From NCBI GenBank assembly GCA_040954595.2, contig CM082591.2:5673009-5737008 (forward strand): a DNA stretch of 64,000 nucleotides, written 5' to 3'. A program made the position numbers and the translations under genes. The DNA is from Balanoglossus misakiensis. Lineage: Eukaryota > Animalia > Hemichordata. The notes beneath the pieces are model-generated. The model saw nothing but the letters and a program-made list of their open reading frames with translations. It was not told the origin of the DNA and did no database searches. Numbering within the stretch: the first letter of the stretch is position 1; each line of letters opens with the position of its first letter. Positions 1-13,438 of the stretch are shown here, piece after piece.

Positions 1-270
1 ACCAGATGCTCCTAATTCCAACCTGAAGCTCTCACAATGTTACCAAGACAATATATCTATTACTTACATTTTCTATATTGACACTACACAATCTTCATCG
101 TCTCGGCTTTAGTGTACACAACAAGATTACCTTAAGAGGGCGTGCTGTCCCTTCACAACTTCTTTTGTTTTAAGAACTACGCCAACGAAATACATGTGGC
201 ATGAGCAAGCTTACAGCATCACCACTTAGCACAGCAAAGAGCGGACTATTACCAGGTTCACACAGGGAAA

Positions 271-563
271 AAATTGAGACGCTATTTGCCTATAGTAAAC
301 ACAGCGCTTTATAATCCTTTGAGTCGTGTTGTGTCCACACACACATAGTTTATATATAGGCGCTGAAGCTCAGTCCCATAGACAATGGGTTGCGGAGTGG
401 TGTTAATCCTTCACCGGCTCAGGTCTGGCCGGCAAATGCTAGTGTCTCAAATCTAAGCCGTTTCAGAACCACTATACACAGTCCACACATGTTTTTTAAG
501 ACGGTATCTGATCTGAGACACTTCAGACCTGTCTTAATGGTGTGTGTGTGTGACCCCAATATA
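271..563 (+). repeat. Interspersed repeat family D (unclassified)
   Basis: Reverse-complement match to 23819-24090, e.g. CACCGGCTCAGGTCTGGCCGGCAAA and CAAATCTAAGCCGTTTCAGAACCACTATACAC. Confidence 0.85.
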
Positions 564-1357
564 TGTGCCTATGTCCTGGCTTATCGCCTTATCTTATACG
601 TTAACGGTGATAATTGAAGAAAACTCCTCAGTCAGCATTTTTTACCAATGGTTTGTCTATGGGCAAACATTTAACGAAGTTTATCTCAAAATGGAATGCG
701 GTGACCATACGATTTTATTAATCAATTAAGTAAGTTTCGTTTGACTGAGCTATGTGTAAAATGTCGTGAAAATGACAACAGTATATAAGAAGTGAGTTTT
801 CTAGCAATCTCAATGTAATCATATGCACAAAAGTTTGCGCAGTTAACGGGTTTACGTTCTGCGCGCACAGCCTGATGTGAAGAATGGTGTATTAACAAGT
901 ACATCATATATTTACTTGAATGGTTAGCGGGTTATCAGTTTTATACTGATTTACTTATTTTGGTGTTACATAAATTATAGTGATAGATGGTAACAAAATA
1001 TGTTATCACATTATGAATAAACCAATAGCACAGTTTGAGGTTATTTAGGTGTTAGCCTTCCACGAAATGGGATTATAACTAACTCAATGCTCACACTATG
1101 CCTCAATTGATCAAAATGGCTAGAAAACAGAATGACTGTTTCCCTAGGGAAATAATCACAACAACTATTACACGATCACATGACCAGTGTGTGTGTTCTT
1201 GGTGTGGCGGGGCAAAATACGAGGTGTCGTCTGCATGAATCACAGCTACTGAATCCGTGTTTATCAAAATGGCACCATTTCTCTGTTTCTGATGTTTGTG
1301 CAGATCTTTTATATTCCTGACGATAGGAAGGTTTCAAGTTGCGCCAAATTGAGTATC

Positions 1358-1637
1358 TTAGGCCAAAATAAAAAATTTGCTGTTCTGATTACCCGACCTA
1401 CCCTAATTTCAACCTGCCGACCCTAAACATTTTAGAACTTCGTAAACCCGGCAATAAAAATGTCAAATATACAATCATTATGAAAATTGCGCGAATTACG
1501 CAAGAACTATATGACGTCATACTTCTACACTATGGCGGTCAGAGAAATAAAAAAAATCGTAACATAAAAATATCCCTACCTACCTACACTTTTTTGAAAA
1601 CCATGTAATCGGGAACAGCACAATTTTTTGGGCCTTA
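1358..1637 (+). mobile_element. MITE family B (PIF/Harbinger, Tourist-like), TTA TSD
   Basis: TTA|GGCCAAAA...GCTGTTC ... GAACAGCACAATTTTTTGGGCC|TTA; a reverse copy lies at 41.7 kb. Confidence 0.85.
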
Positions 1638-1986
1638 TTCAAAGTTGATTCATGGGCAGTGGATATTCTTGCTTTGACCTATGACCTGATATCTACTGTT
1701 ACAGAAGCAGCAAGAGCATAAACTGTGAGTCTTATAAAACACGTATTACGTGACCTTCATTCAAGCTACACACCCATTTATCGTGATCATGATTTGCCTG
1801 AAGGTATAAGCAAGTACATCCTGCATTTCACAGTATACCTGGAAGTATTAAATAGTCGAGTTCAATAGCGCTGATGGGCAGACATACACGTGGAACTGAT
1901 GAAGCCCCTTTCCTGTTAAAAATTCGAGAATGAGTTGGCTGTTAGGTTGTATGGTTTGCACGTCACTTTGCTTTTTAATATTTTGG

Positions 1987-2053
1987 TACTTAGGTGAGTG
2001 ATGAAAATCTCATAAGGTTGCTACTTAGGTGAGTGATAAAAATCTCATAAGGT
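1987..2053. repeat. 35-bp tandem duplication
   Basis: TACTTAGGTGAGTGATRAAAATCTCATAAGGT twice, head to tail. Confidence 0.9.
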
Positions 2054-2740
2054 CGACACAATTTCAAGATGGCCGAATTTTGCCATGTTTAAGAAATGGA
2101 AATTCATAAGCTAACGTGATAGGGCCAACTGGGTCAAATTTAATTCATGATTTAAATTTTCGTTTAGATAAATTACAACTAAAAGTAGAAATCCAGTCTT
2201 ATGAAGATCAATAGCCATTTAAAGCTTATCAGGAATGTAATCAGAATGACCTGTTAGATCATAAATGTAATATAGAACATACATCTTTCTTCTGATAAAT
2301 AGATAGTAGCGGATTGTTTTCGGAAATTGTCTATAAATTGAAATTTCACTAAAAATAAAAAATGGAAAAGGAAAGTGATTATTTATATTTGACAGAATAC
2401 GGTTAGTGCATTGGCCGCAAACATCAACCACGAAAATTGTATAAAATCTCAAATTGTATAAAATCAAATAACTGGAACTTGATTGAATTTATTCAAATGA
2501 CAATGATATTTTGAATGTTATTTTACTTTTCAATTGTCCATATATTAGAGTCGTGTTGGTTCTGGTTATAACACATTAGTATGAGGAAGGCGCATGAGCC
2601 TATAACCGCATAGCTAGGGTATTCAACAGAAGGGGATTTAGCCGCGTTTTACTTTAGTGTCGACACCCTTGCTACGTGACATTATACAGCAGGTTAACTG
2701 TTCCTAACACATAAAAGACAATGATTAACACGCGTCCATC

Positions 2741-2927
2741 TATTTTGGGCTATACTCATTTATTTTTTGCTGACTCTCATGTGGTAAATGCGATATTTCT
2801 CTCATATTCTCTCTCTTTCTGTTTCTGGCATATATAACCTGTATTGGTGGGCAGGTAGCCATATATACATAAGAAATATTGCACTTTCGTTTGTTTTCTA
2901 ATATTTTGCCATCCATGACTCAACCAA
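2741..2927 (+). repeat. Repeat family E, copy 1 (direct copy at 3605-3814, fragment at ~24912-24979)
   Basis: TATTTTGGGCTAT.CTCAT..TTTGCTGACTC.CATGTGG.AAATGC.ATATTTCTCTCAT..TGTATTGGTGG.CAGGTAGCC..CATGACTCA. Confidence 0.8.
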
Positions 2928-3604
2928 TCTGAGCGGACATGTGTGTTACTTTTGCATACATTTGCGGTTTACATCAGTGCATCATTACTTGTTATCTCAT
3001 TCCAAGTTACTTTGAAAAAAACATGTACTGGTTGGCATGGCCTCTCTAGACAGTGGGAACAATGTCGATGGTGTGTTTGTTAAGGGAAAGGGCGCGCATG
3101 TGCAGTTCAGACGACCCTCCCCTTTAATACATAGGTTACAAGTGTAGTCTGTGTTATATCAAGGATTACCTGTTTACTGATTCAGTGCGAAGAAATATAG
3201 AGATAGTCATCAAATAAGATGAATAGAAATGTCCATAGAATGTGAAGGTAGCAATTGTCACATCAGTAACTCGCAGAGGAATACTTCAAAGGTCATACTG
3301 TGGCTGTGTAACGTTAACGTTTCCTGTTCTTTGTCTCACGTGTATCCATCCCATTTTGAGCAATTTGATCCGGTATGTGAGGGACAAAGTGAAACTATAC
3401 ATATAGACCTGACATGCTGATATAACAATATTGACAGATTGGCTTCAAGGTTCGAACAATTGTGTGTCCCATCCCTCAAAAAGCTACATTTGCTGAATTG
3501 TATATACGAAAAATGTTATCTTTACAGAAATGGTTTCTTTCCCCATAAGACAATATCTATATGTTGGTCTATGTTGTTAACTGTTTCAAGTCTTCGTTGT
3601 AAAC

Positions 3605-3814
3605 TATTTTGGGCTATGCTCATCTACCTTTTGCTGACTCACATGTGGAAAATGCAATATTTCTCTCATGTTTATGGCATATAACTTGTATTGGTGGACA
3701 GGTAGCCGTATATGCATAAGAGATACTGCAATTTCGTTTCTATTCTAACATTTTACCATGCATGACTCAGCCAAAAGTAAATGAGCGTATTCCAAAATTA
3801 ATGAGTGGGTGTTT
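3605..3814 (+). repeat. Repeat family E, copy 2
   Basis: Colinear with 2741-2927; its 3' part (ATGACTCAGC..ATGAGC..ATGAGTGGGTGTTT) also matches ~24912-24979. Confidence 0.8.
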
Positions 3815-5812
3815 CGATGAAATTAACTGCATAGGAGATATAAATTTGAATTGCAAATCAAACGTGTTCATTCAAGAACGATCATTTCTACAAGTTTCCT
3901 TTTATGGAGCTTGATCATATACCTTTCAGTGTATGTTGACATAGTAGTACCACCTAAGTGGGTGGGATTAGATACATGAGTAGTTATTTGCATGGGATCT
4001 TATATGGCAAGGGGGGGGGGGGGTCGACAATTGTTGCTGTTGGTGTTGCATTTGACGTCATATTTTTGCGAACACGTCATAGGACAGAAGAATTCATTAA
4101 AATGGTAGTTTTTTGTTCGAATATGTTGTTTATAGTCGTTGCCATTTTGCCACCGTCATTTTTTAATAAAAAAATCTGCAGAATGTTAATAGGAATGTGG
4201 CATGTGCACAAGACATCTCGTCTACCCGAAAGCCCTGAAAAATATGTGATAATCGAACGACTATACTCTTGGAGGGAAGAATTTTGCGAGACCGACTTGT
4301 GAAGGATATATCGAATTCACTACAACTACTTTGTTTTATATGACTCATGAAACGCCTGTGAAATGATATCCCTTAAAATGCATCACTGATCGCCATCTTT
4401 GCAGTTCTTAAATGAATAGGCACAGTTGTAAATTTTTGAAGAACGGTTTATCATTTGGTGAATCACTACATTTTATGTCGAACGATAGATTAAACACGAA
4501 GCATTATGGAGTAGAATACACGGATGTAGTGTTAAGGGTATTTTAACTGTGAAGACCTCAATTCCCTTGGTATCTAGCGCTTGATGAGCAACACAGAAAG
4601 ATACAACCATTTCACACTAACGATCTACCCACACGGCTGACATTTATACTACCCATATTGGCCGAGAACAAATTGGAAACGCGCGCATTTTGCTAAATCG
4701 ACTCTAACATGGTTTTTGTTGTTTCCTGTGTGAAATGTTTGTGCGAACCTGCTGTGCTAAAAGATATCGGGGGTATCTAAGATCGTATAGTAGGTATTGA
4801 GGCTTACCATACTCACAATTGAGGTGTTCGAGACCTATGGGTTTTCTATCAGATGATGGTTATTTGACGGCTGGGATGTTGTTCCCTTGAGGAAGGCTTT
4901 TAACATTTCATTTTGTCACGTCTGTACGGGCGTATGGGCGTTGTTTAAACAGGGAAACTGTAAATGAAACTAAACACTGTGGGCATTCCTGTAATTATTT
5001 GTGAAATGCTATTGATGCTGTTCTCCTCGCTTAAATATACTTAATCACCAGTTGTTACAGTTCAAATCTCACCCTGTGCATTGTTATAACATGTGAATTC
5101 TTCTGTAAAACTATTTTTTGGTACATACCAAAAAATTTATTGTGGAAGTAACACACAGTATGCCCATGTACAGGGTATGAGTTGTGCTGTGACAACCGGT
5201 AATTGAGCCCATTTCAGTAAGCACAACAATACAAATAATATTTCACATGAAACTTAAATAACTGAAGTGATCTTAAAAATGAGTTACTTTGTCCCTTTAA
5301 CATAACAAGTCTGTGGTGAAATGTTTTTATTTGGAACAATCATTATTTAAAAGACACATTTTTGAAGTGGTTACTTTTCCTAAAACTTAGAAGATCATGT
5401 GTAGGTTGTTGTCAAGTGATACATGCGACAGTATCCAAAATATGAAAAATAGCTTATTGCCAAACCTATAATCAAAAAAAAGCAATGGCCATTAAAGTAA
5501 TGAACCATTTTCAGGGAGAGCTCATTAAAAGTACTGACGGAATGCGCTTTAGAAATCACTCGATAGTAAATCTATTTTAAGCACCGTTAATTGATCAGGT
5601 TTTTTTTATTTTAATCTTATGTAGCAATGAACCTCGCCCACACAGTTGTTTAATGTGTATGCCGTATTCCGCAAAATTGGTTCTGCTGTTTCTTAGCAAT
5701 TAAAAGTACATTTAAATGCATTTCGCCGCATATTTATTAATTTAGATTAGTCACATCGATTTTCAGGTAATTAACTTTAATGAAGCAACGATTTTTTTTT
5801 GAATCTGTAGTC

Positions 5813-6168
5813 TTAAAGCGACAAAGTCCCTCTCTCGCTGCCCTTTTTCCATTAATTATGTTTGATACAAGATAACAGTTATGTTATTCTTCATGTAGAT
5901 ATATAGTGAATCAACGTTCAACTAAGCACACCTTTCATCCCACTTGTAGACACAAGGGTGAAAAACTCGCCAAAATGAATAATCAGTCTCTACTGTTTAT
6001 TCATTTTGGCGAAATTTTCACTCTCATATCCTACAAAAGGGATGGAAGTTGCCTGTTGTCGAACGTTGATTCACTATTATATCCACATGTAGAATAACAT
6101 AAATGGTGTCTTGTATTAATGAAAATTAATGGAAATGGGGCAGCGAGAGAGAGGCTTTGTCCCTTTAA
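5813..6168 (+). mobile_element. MITE family A (fold-back, TTAA TSD, Kolobok-like), full length
   Basis: TTAA|AGCGACAAAGTC...CTTTGTCCCT|TTAA; the whole element is an inverted repeat around a ~14-nt loop. Confidence 0.9.
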
Positions 6169-7725
6169 GTATAAATGACCCCTGTGATTTTAATATTGTT
6201 TACCACTGACTATGTACAAAAGGCACTGGTCCCATTACACATAAATCCTACCTGGGGCTTCGAAGGGAATTCTCAATCTGCAGCTTGTTCTAATTTTCCA
6301 GACAAAACTCCACCTGTGGCAAACGTTGATAAATGCCAACAGACGTTGAAACTTGATACATGTCTTCATTGGATTTCTTCTGGGGATCTTCAATGCGTCT
6401 TCGTATTGATGAATTCAGTTTTGTTTCTGCTGGTAGCCACCTTCAGATTTCTTAATATTTTAGTAAATAGTTTGAGTAACTTAATTATGCAGAAACTTTG
6501 AAAATGTTCAGCATATCCTAGCTATTGGGCAAAACTACATTAATCGTGAAAAATTATAACCTGTTTCTCGATGCCTACTTATATCATAAACGTCAATCTC
6601 AGAACCTAGATATAAGTTTAGTGAGCTTAGTTCTTAACTTAAAATTAACAGTATTCACCTATTATGAGATAACATTTATGTGTAACATATGTACAAAGTG
6701 AATAGTAGTCGTTGTACATGAAGAGAATATCACAATACTGTCGTTGTTAAAAGTGCCAGTCGTGTTCATATTTTATTGTTCGGTGTTGGATGAGCTTGCA
6801 AGACTTTGTTAACTATCATATCAACGGGTTGCTAGCCAAACTTTACATGTCAAGTGTTGTCTGAAACTATAATAGGTGCAGGTTTTAACAAAATTGTAAC
6901 TTTTGTTAAATAAAGTTAGTGCCTCCTGTCCCCCCCCCCCCCATACATCAGGCAGGGTTCATATATAAAGGGAATTAACTTTTGACTTTGATGTGGTACT
7001 TTTGAACAAGTAACAACTTTTGACTTTAATCCTAACCTGTTACGTGACGTCAACGGTTAAGCCATATGTAATCATATATAATTGAGAATGTGCACAGTTA
7101 GTGCGCATTGGTAATCATGTCCTTGCAGGTAGTTCTATACGCACTGATCTGACCTGTTTAATAACGACACAAGGGTTGAACGACCTCATACACGTTAACG
7201 GGCATTTGTTCCAAACGTGTAAAGCATGCAAAGAACGCGCGAGCAAAGGACGCGTGTAGGGTAAACTACCTCGCTGCGCATTTGAGCATTACCATTGACG
7301 CACATACCGGTTGTTGATACTCAGATAAGAAACCAAGATACCTTTTCATGATACAGACAATCTCACTTTTTATGTCAAGTGTGAACTGCAGAATGATATA
7401 ACTTTGATCAGTGCAATCAAAGATAAACTTTGGCCAATACGATGATAGCATATATTTATATCTACAGTTGACGTCATAGCGTCAATGAAAATAATACAGC
7501 CTTAATGATTGAATGTGATAATCTCCTGCCCAAGTCACCCCTTTTGGATTGATATTCGTGTCGTTTAAAAAAAAACACTTTGCTATAAAAGAAGAACTTG
7601 TTGTAGAGAATGGCTAACGCTTCCATAATATGTAGCATAAACACAAGCTGATGAAAAGTATAGTCGATTTTGTCTTTTCTATAAATCACTTGTTTATATT
7701 GTATTGTCGTGTACACAACAGTAAA

Positions 7726-7832
7726 TCGAATGTTGATTTAATATATATCCACATGTAGAATAACATAAAGAGTGTCTTGTATCAAACATAATTGATGGAA
7801 AGGGCAGCGAGAGAGAGACTCTGTTCCTTTAA
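7726..7832. mobile_element. MITE family A, right arm only
   Basis: TATCCACATGTAGAATAACATAA...GGGCAGCGAGAGAGAGACTCTGTTCCT|TTAA. Confidence 0.85.
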
Positions 7833-8696
7833 AGATAATTTATTCCTTGATGAATTATAGTTTAGCTTTCAGTCAAAATCCCAAAATGGACCGCATTAGG
7901 CATAACTTAATTGGATAGAAATACATTCAGTTGTGTATTCTGAACGTTTAGTTGGTGCGACATACTGCTTGCGTAACTGATTACTGTACTAAGAAAATAC
8001 AATGTATAGAAACGAATACTCAGGCGCAAAACGTGATGGCGGTTTATATATTTGGTCTATGTGGCAATGATGATTTAGCATTTACATTTGCACTCAGGTC
8101 GTACACGGATTTGTGTGTGACGTCACTTTTTCGTCTTATCTTCTGCATAGATGTTATTATATATTTATAAATAAATAATTTATGGGTATATCGCCAACTT
8201 GTCACTTGACAAAAAGGTCAATTACAATGTGCGCATAAAAATAGTTTGATGTTTGTAATCGCATATACAATGCATGGTTTCTTTTGCGTTAATAGACATG
8301 CTATAAATAATTGTTTCTTGTGTTCGTATAACCCCTGTTTCAATTCCTTTTTTCAACATGATTTTCAATTGTTTGCGTAGGTATGAGATATGGATTGTTA
8401 CTTATAACCCACGCATGATTGTTTTCTATGGAATTGTGCTTGACTACGTATTAAATGACGCCCTTTCAAATTTTTCAAAAGACCAAACAGGTTTATCTCG
8501 GTAGTTTCCATCACGTATCACTATGCCCACGATATCCATGCATTGCCGAGGGTCATTCAGTTTAACCACACAACCACTTCCAGTCAATGTTATATGTCAC
8601 CATGAAAACTTTCAGGAAAAATAATGTGAATATAAACTTAGGTGATATATATTATTTGCCAACTTGCTAGCTTGTAAGACTTTAACGATATGCATT

Positions 8697-8758
8697 ACAC
8701 ACAACACAAAATAACACAACACAACACAACACAACGCAGCACAGAACAACACAACACA
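8697..8758. repeat. (CACAA)n microsatellite
   Basis: Read directly. Confidence 0.9.
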
Positions 8759-9978
8759 AAAAGTCACAGTTTTATTGTAATGTTCAAGGTTCATTGCCAA
8801 AACTGTACACAAGCTTTATAGCAAAGATGACACACAGAATTGAATGACGAAATCGTCGTATAGAACAAAGACTGTTGTGAAATCAAACAGTTTTATTTGA
8901 TTTAGGCTTATACTTGTTCTGCATTGGAACTTCAGTGGGAATAGGTGATGCATTCTTCCAGATCATATGACGTCAGCATTAAACGACACGACTCACCCAA
9001 TCATGCAGAGAAACAGTGTCGGTACAAAATGAAGCGCCCACTGATTTTGTAGATTGGTTTAAAACAACAATAATCCGATTAGAGTCTCATTATGTCGAAA
9101 CTTTGTGAATTAAACCAAATATTTGCACAGAGTTTACTTCTATTGATTGGTTCATTATCTTTGTAAATTGATGCTGTGGAATAGTTAATGTTTTATTTAA
9201 TGTTCAGCAAGAAGAGAACTATCCGCGCGTTTCTAAAAGAAATCGACAAAAGACCCGTCGGGCATTTGCAGAAATACTTTCGTTGTGTCTATCGACATAC
9301 TCTATCAGGACTATTGTGTGATAGTCATGCATTTTCGGAATGAGTTAATGAGATGAGATGACGTGTGCGAGTAATCAGCTGTAATCATTGATACCTTTTA
9401 GTCAGGACGAGATAGTCTTTTGTAAGCCGCTCCGGCGATTGATTTCTTCGATAGGAGCAAACCCTTATTTATGGTCAGATATGACCACTCAGTAATGTCA
9501 TTTACGGTTAATTCAACTATAGGCCAAGAAGGAGGGCATCTTTGAATTTTACGAGGGCGTCGGCGCTAATGACCAAAGTAGGAAGTCGTCAACTATAGGC
9601 AGGCCTCATGCTTGATAGTCACGTGAGTCCATCTAACTTTGCCAGTGGTTCTCTGAGAGTGAAATATCAGCTGTAGGCAACAAGACAACGTAAATATGTC
9701 GAGATTTGTGTCAGTTTCCAAGGAAATCACAGCAAATTAAAAAAAGAAATGGAATTTGGTGTAGTTTTCCAGATGGTTTCGCGGCTGCGGTACTTATTGC
9801 CCGTCTTGTATATTTCGAGAGACAGGCTCCAAATACTACTTCTTATTGTGCGATATCTATGAAGCATTGGACGCTTTAAAATGTTTATACTAGAGGTTCT
9901 TTTAAAGTGGTCATCGCGCCACATGCAAATTATCCACCAATCCCTGAAATGAGATAATTCTTAGAGTGAACGAAGCAG

Positions 9979-10187
9979 CCGAAATGAAAAAAAAAATGGT
10001 AGAGACCGATTATTCATTTTGGTGAGTTTTTTTTTTCACTCTCATATCATACAAGCGGGATGGACATTGTGTGTGGTCGAACGCTCAGTCAGTACATATG
10101 CACATACACATTAGCATAAATGGTGTCTTGTATTAAAAACAAAATTAATGGAAAGTGGGCAGCGAGAGAGAGACTTTGTCCCTTTGA
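9979..10187 (-). mobile_element. MITE family A, loop plus one arm
   Basis: ATGGTAGAGACCGATTATTCATTTT...GAGACTTTGTCCCT. Confidence 0.85.
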
Positions 10188-10865
10188 TGGTGCGTCCGTT
10201 TATCGCTGAAACAGTGCAACAGCTGGATGTGGATTCGTTGGATTGAATTACAGAAGCGGAGAAACTTCTTGAAACTTCAGAGGATCGGTAGCTGTTGCCG
10301 GCCTCTGCGTTCATCCGTCTCTGCAAAACCCGGCGGCGGACGATTATCGTGGAAAAACCTGATTTTATATCAAGGCCTGGTAAACATATTACTGCGTGGA
10401 TAATTCGATGTTCCTTCAATCTGCCCCTATAATCCGTTCCTGATTATTTTACGAGGGAAGACAGACGTTGTGTAATGGTTTCAATAATTGACGTGTAAAA
10501 CGTATCTATGACGTGTCGTGTACTAACTGAGAAAGTGTTAGTGAGAATGGCAAGTTAATGAAGAAAACATTGGCTATGGAAAACAGTGGAAAGTCATTCA
10601 AAAGACAAATCGTGGCGAAAATACCCCATTAGAAATTAATACCAAACGATACTCAGTTATATCATGTCAACATATGTCTTTCACCCTTACTATGATGCCT
10701 GCATGTCCCTCTATTCATTTTGCCGTGCAGTTAAATGTCTTTCCGGTATCAGTCAGAAATATTGTCTTTCAAGTTTAAGTCAGAACATTAATAATTTTTA
10801 AAAAAAGTATATGGACACAGTAACAATCGTTCGTAAATCTTATTGTTTCACTTTTCCCGTTATAT

Positions 10866-10964
10866 CTGTCTGTCTGTCTGTCTGTCGGTCTGTTAGTCAG
10901 TCTGTCTGTCTGTCTGTCTGTCTGCCTGTCAGTCGGTCAGTATGTCTGTCTGGTTGTCTGTCTG
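10866..10964. repeat. (CTGT)n microsatellite
   Basis: Read directly, imperfect. Confidence 0.92.
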
Positions 10965-11435
10965 CAGGTCCTCCCTTCATTTTTCCAGGCAGATCTGGCC
11001 TGTCCTTAATTTCTCTAATTAAGTGTGTCAATATAACCGTGTCACAGGCATATACCCTTCTCTCAACGGATATTTAGGACATGCCCAGTGTAAAATATCA
11101 ATGTACAACATTATCCTCAGCTAACCAAAGCGGATTTGAACTGCTCATGCTACCACTGGGATTTCGCGGTAATACAGACTTTAATATAAATCTTTGACGA
11201 GTCTTCGGCAAGTTAAGCACAGTCTAGTTGGATATTGCATCTTAAATGTGACAAGCTCTTGGGATTTTCTAGTTAAAATTTTGTTCGCCCTGAAGATACG
11301 GAAGATGATGCACATTTCATCGTTTTAATATTTAATCATAAATGTAACCGTGGACCCAAATGCCTGACAAGTCAATGCCACAAAACGCAAAGTCTACAGC
11401 ATGTGCACTTTTAACAATGTTCTATACCTTTCCCT

Positions 11436-11575
11436 TAAGGTAGACCGCGCTTGGAAAATTAAAGTCTTAAACTTTCTCTCTCATATAAATTTTGCTCAAG
11501 GCAACGATGTGATGTTTCTCTTTTAAAATTGAAGATACAACTGTGGGGTCACCGTACATAATTTTTAATAATTTA
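11436..11575 (+). repeat. Degraded TTAA-type transposon end related to ~16700-16830
   Basis: TTAAGGTAG..AGTCTTAAACTTT..TTT.CTCAAG.CAA..TTCTC..GGGGTCA.CGT.CA shared by both. Confidence 0.55.
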
Positions 11576-13089
11576 TGATTGGTCTATATCTTAGTCAATA
11601 TTGTCTTCGAACGCAATGCATGAATGATGTCACCTCTTAAACTGATATCTTCCTAGTGCTGAAGCTGGTATAAGTCTGAAGAGAATCCAATTTTGACTAA
11701 ATATTGATATTGGTGACTATTGTTTACACGTTGAAAAGATTATTCAAATGTTCATACAAATTTCTACAGTGAACTATTATCCTTGAATTGATTGATCAAT
11801 TGTGGGTGTCTGCGCACGTGGGTGGATGGATTGTTGGAAATAGCTCGATTATTGGTTGGATGTTAAGATGGGGGTATTCTCGCTGCATGCGCTTGTGAAA
11901 GTACTGCCGCAGAACTCACCGCATCACTCGCATCTAGTCTGGCAGCAATACGTATTCATGTAACTATAGTGTGGGTATTTGTATGACTGACTATAGCCAC
12001 TTCCATGAATACCCTCCCCCTCCACACATTTCATTTTCAAAAACTAACCGGGGGTGCCGGATGGGGTTGTCATTCTGTTTACGGAAAGCGTAACTTAGTG
12101 CGTTGTGCCCACTTTGGTTCAGATGATGAATCGTCGGGGGGGGGGGTGCACTTTGGGATTCGTTACTACATGTATGTAAGGTATGAAAAAACACTAATAC
12201 CTCAGACAGTTGGAATGACAGAAGTCATAACAGAGTCACAACTAAAACGTCAAGATATCATCCGGAATTCGATCACGCCGGACGCACCCCGATACAAACA
12301 AACCTAAGTGCGCAAAGCAGCCATAGAAGTACGCGCAATACTACGTACGCACTGACCCACGTGTACTTGTTTGAACCGCTACACGTGACTGATTCCGCGT
12401 CGCGCGCTTTTCCGTAGAGTTCTGCAGTAGTCTGAGCAACACGCTTTATTCTGTATTAGACCTACTACAGTTGTTATTTCCGTTTATGAATGCCAAAGAT
12501 CGCCATGACAATGAAGTTAGCCTTTAAGACCATATAAATTTACGGAGGCAGGTTACAAAAAAACTACAACAGGAAGTATTGGGTTGTTATGTATTTATCA
12601 AAGTCGAATTAGAGTGAAAATACTAGTAGTTATCATAATGCATAGGAGATTACTGGTAAACACTCACAATCAGAATATCACTGAGGATAATTATCTGGTT
12701 ATTGTATATTTCATCAAAGAATCATACATGTATATTTACCAATTTTAGCAGACAGCGATTGTTTTTCTTTCTGAAAACGTTTCAAATGGCCTTGGTTGAT
12801 CACGCATGCGCTGTTTTCCTTGACACATGTTAATTAATAGAGCGTGTCTGAAGTATTAAGGTGTTAGGAGTACCTGCTCGTTAGTGCACATTGAGTTGAT
12901 GAGGACACCGTCGTAAGCTAAACCGTGTTATAATGGGTAACCTTAATTCTTGGTTTTGCAGTGCAATGAATCTCTAAGGCAACAGATGTGTGTATAACAC
13001 CCTGCGTTTTCTGAAATACGAAAATTTCGAATTCAAAGCACTAACACACCATACGTGATTCATAATATTTCAAGTCTTATAGGCTCACT

Positions 13090-13438
13090 TTAAGGTTCAA
13101 AGTCTCTCTCTCGCTGCCCTTTTTCCATTAATTATGTTTGATACAAGACACCGTTTATGTTATTCTACATGTGGATGTATAGTGAATCAGCGTTCGACCA
13201 CACACAACTTCCATCCCGCTTGTAGACACGTGAGTGAAAAACTCGTTATAATGAATAATCGGTCTCTACCATTTATTCATTTTGGGTGAGATTTTTACTT
13301 TCATATCCTATGGGATGGAAGTTGTGTGTGGTTGAATGCTGATTCACTATATATTCACATGTAGAATAACATAAACGGTATCTTGTATCAAATACAGTTA
13401 ATGGAAAAGGGGCAGCGAGAGAGACGTTGTCCCTTTAA
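13090..13438 (+). mobile_element. MITE family A, full length
   Basis: TTAA-flanked; both arms present with loop TCGGTCTCTACCAT. Confidence 0.9.

Noticed and set aside
1987-2053. CRISPR-like repeat
   Set aside because: Two adjacent units with no spacer, eukaryotic context and no cas genes.
5906-6097. Mutually similar short ORFs at 5906, 28849, 29973 and 50452
   Set aside because: All are chance frames within MITE family A copies, not a gene family.
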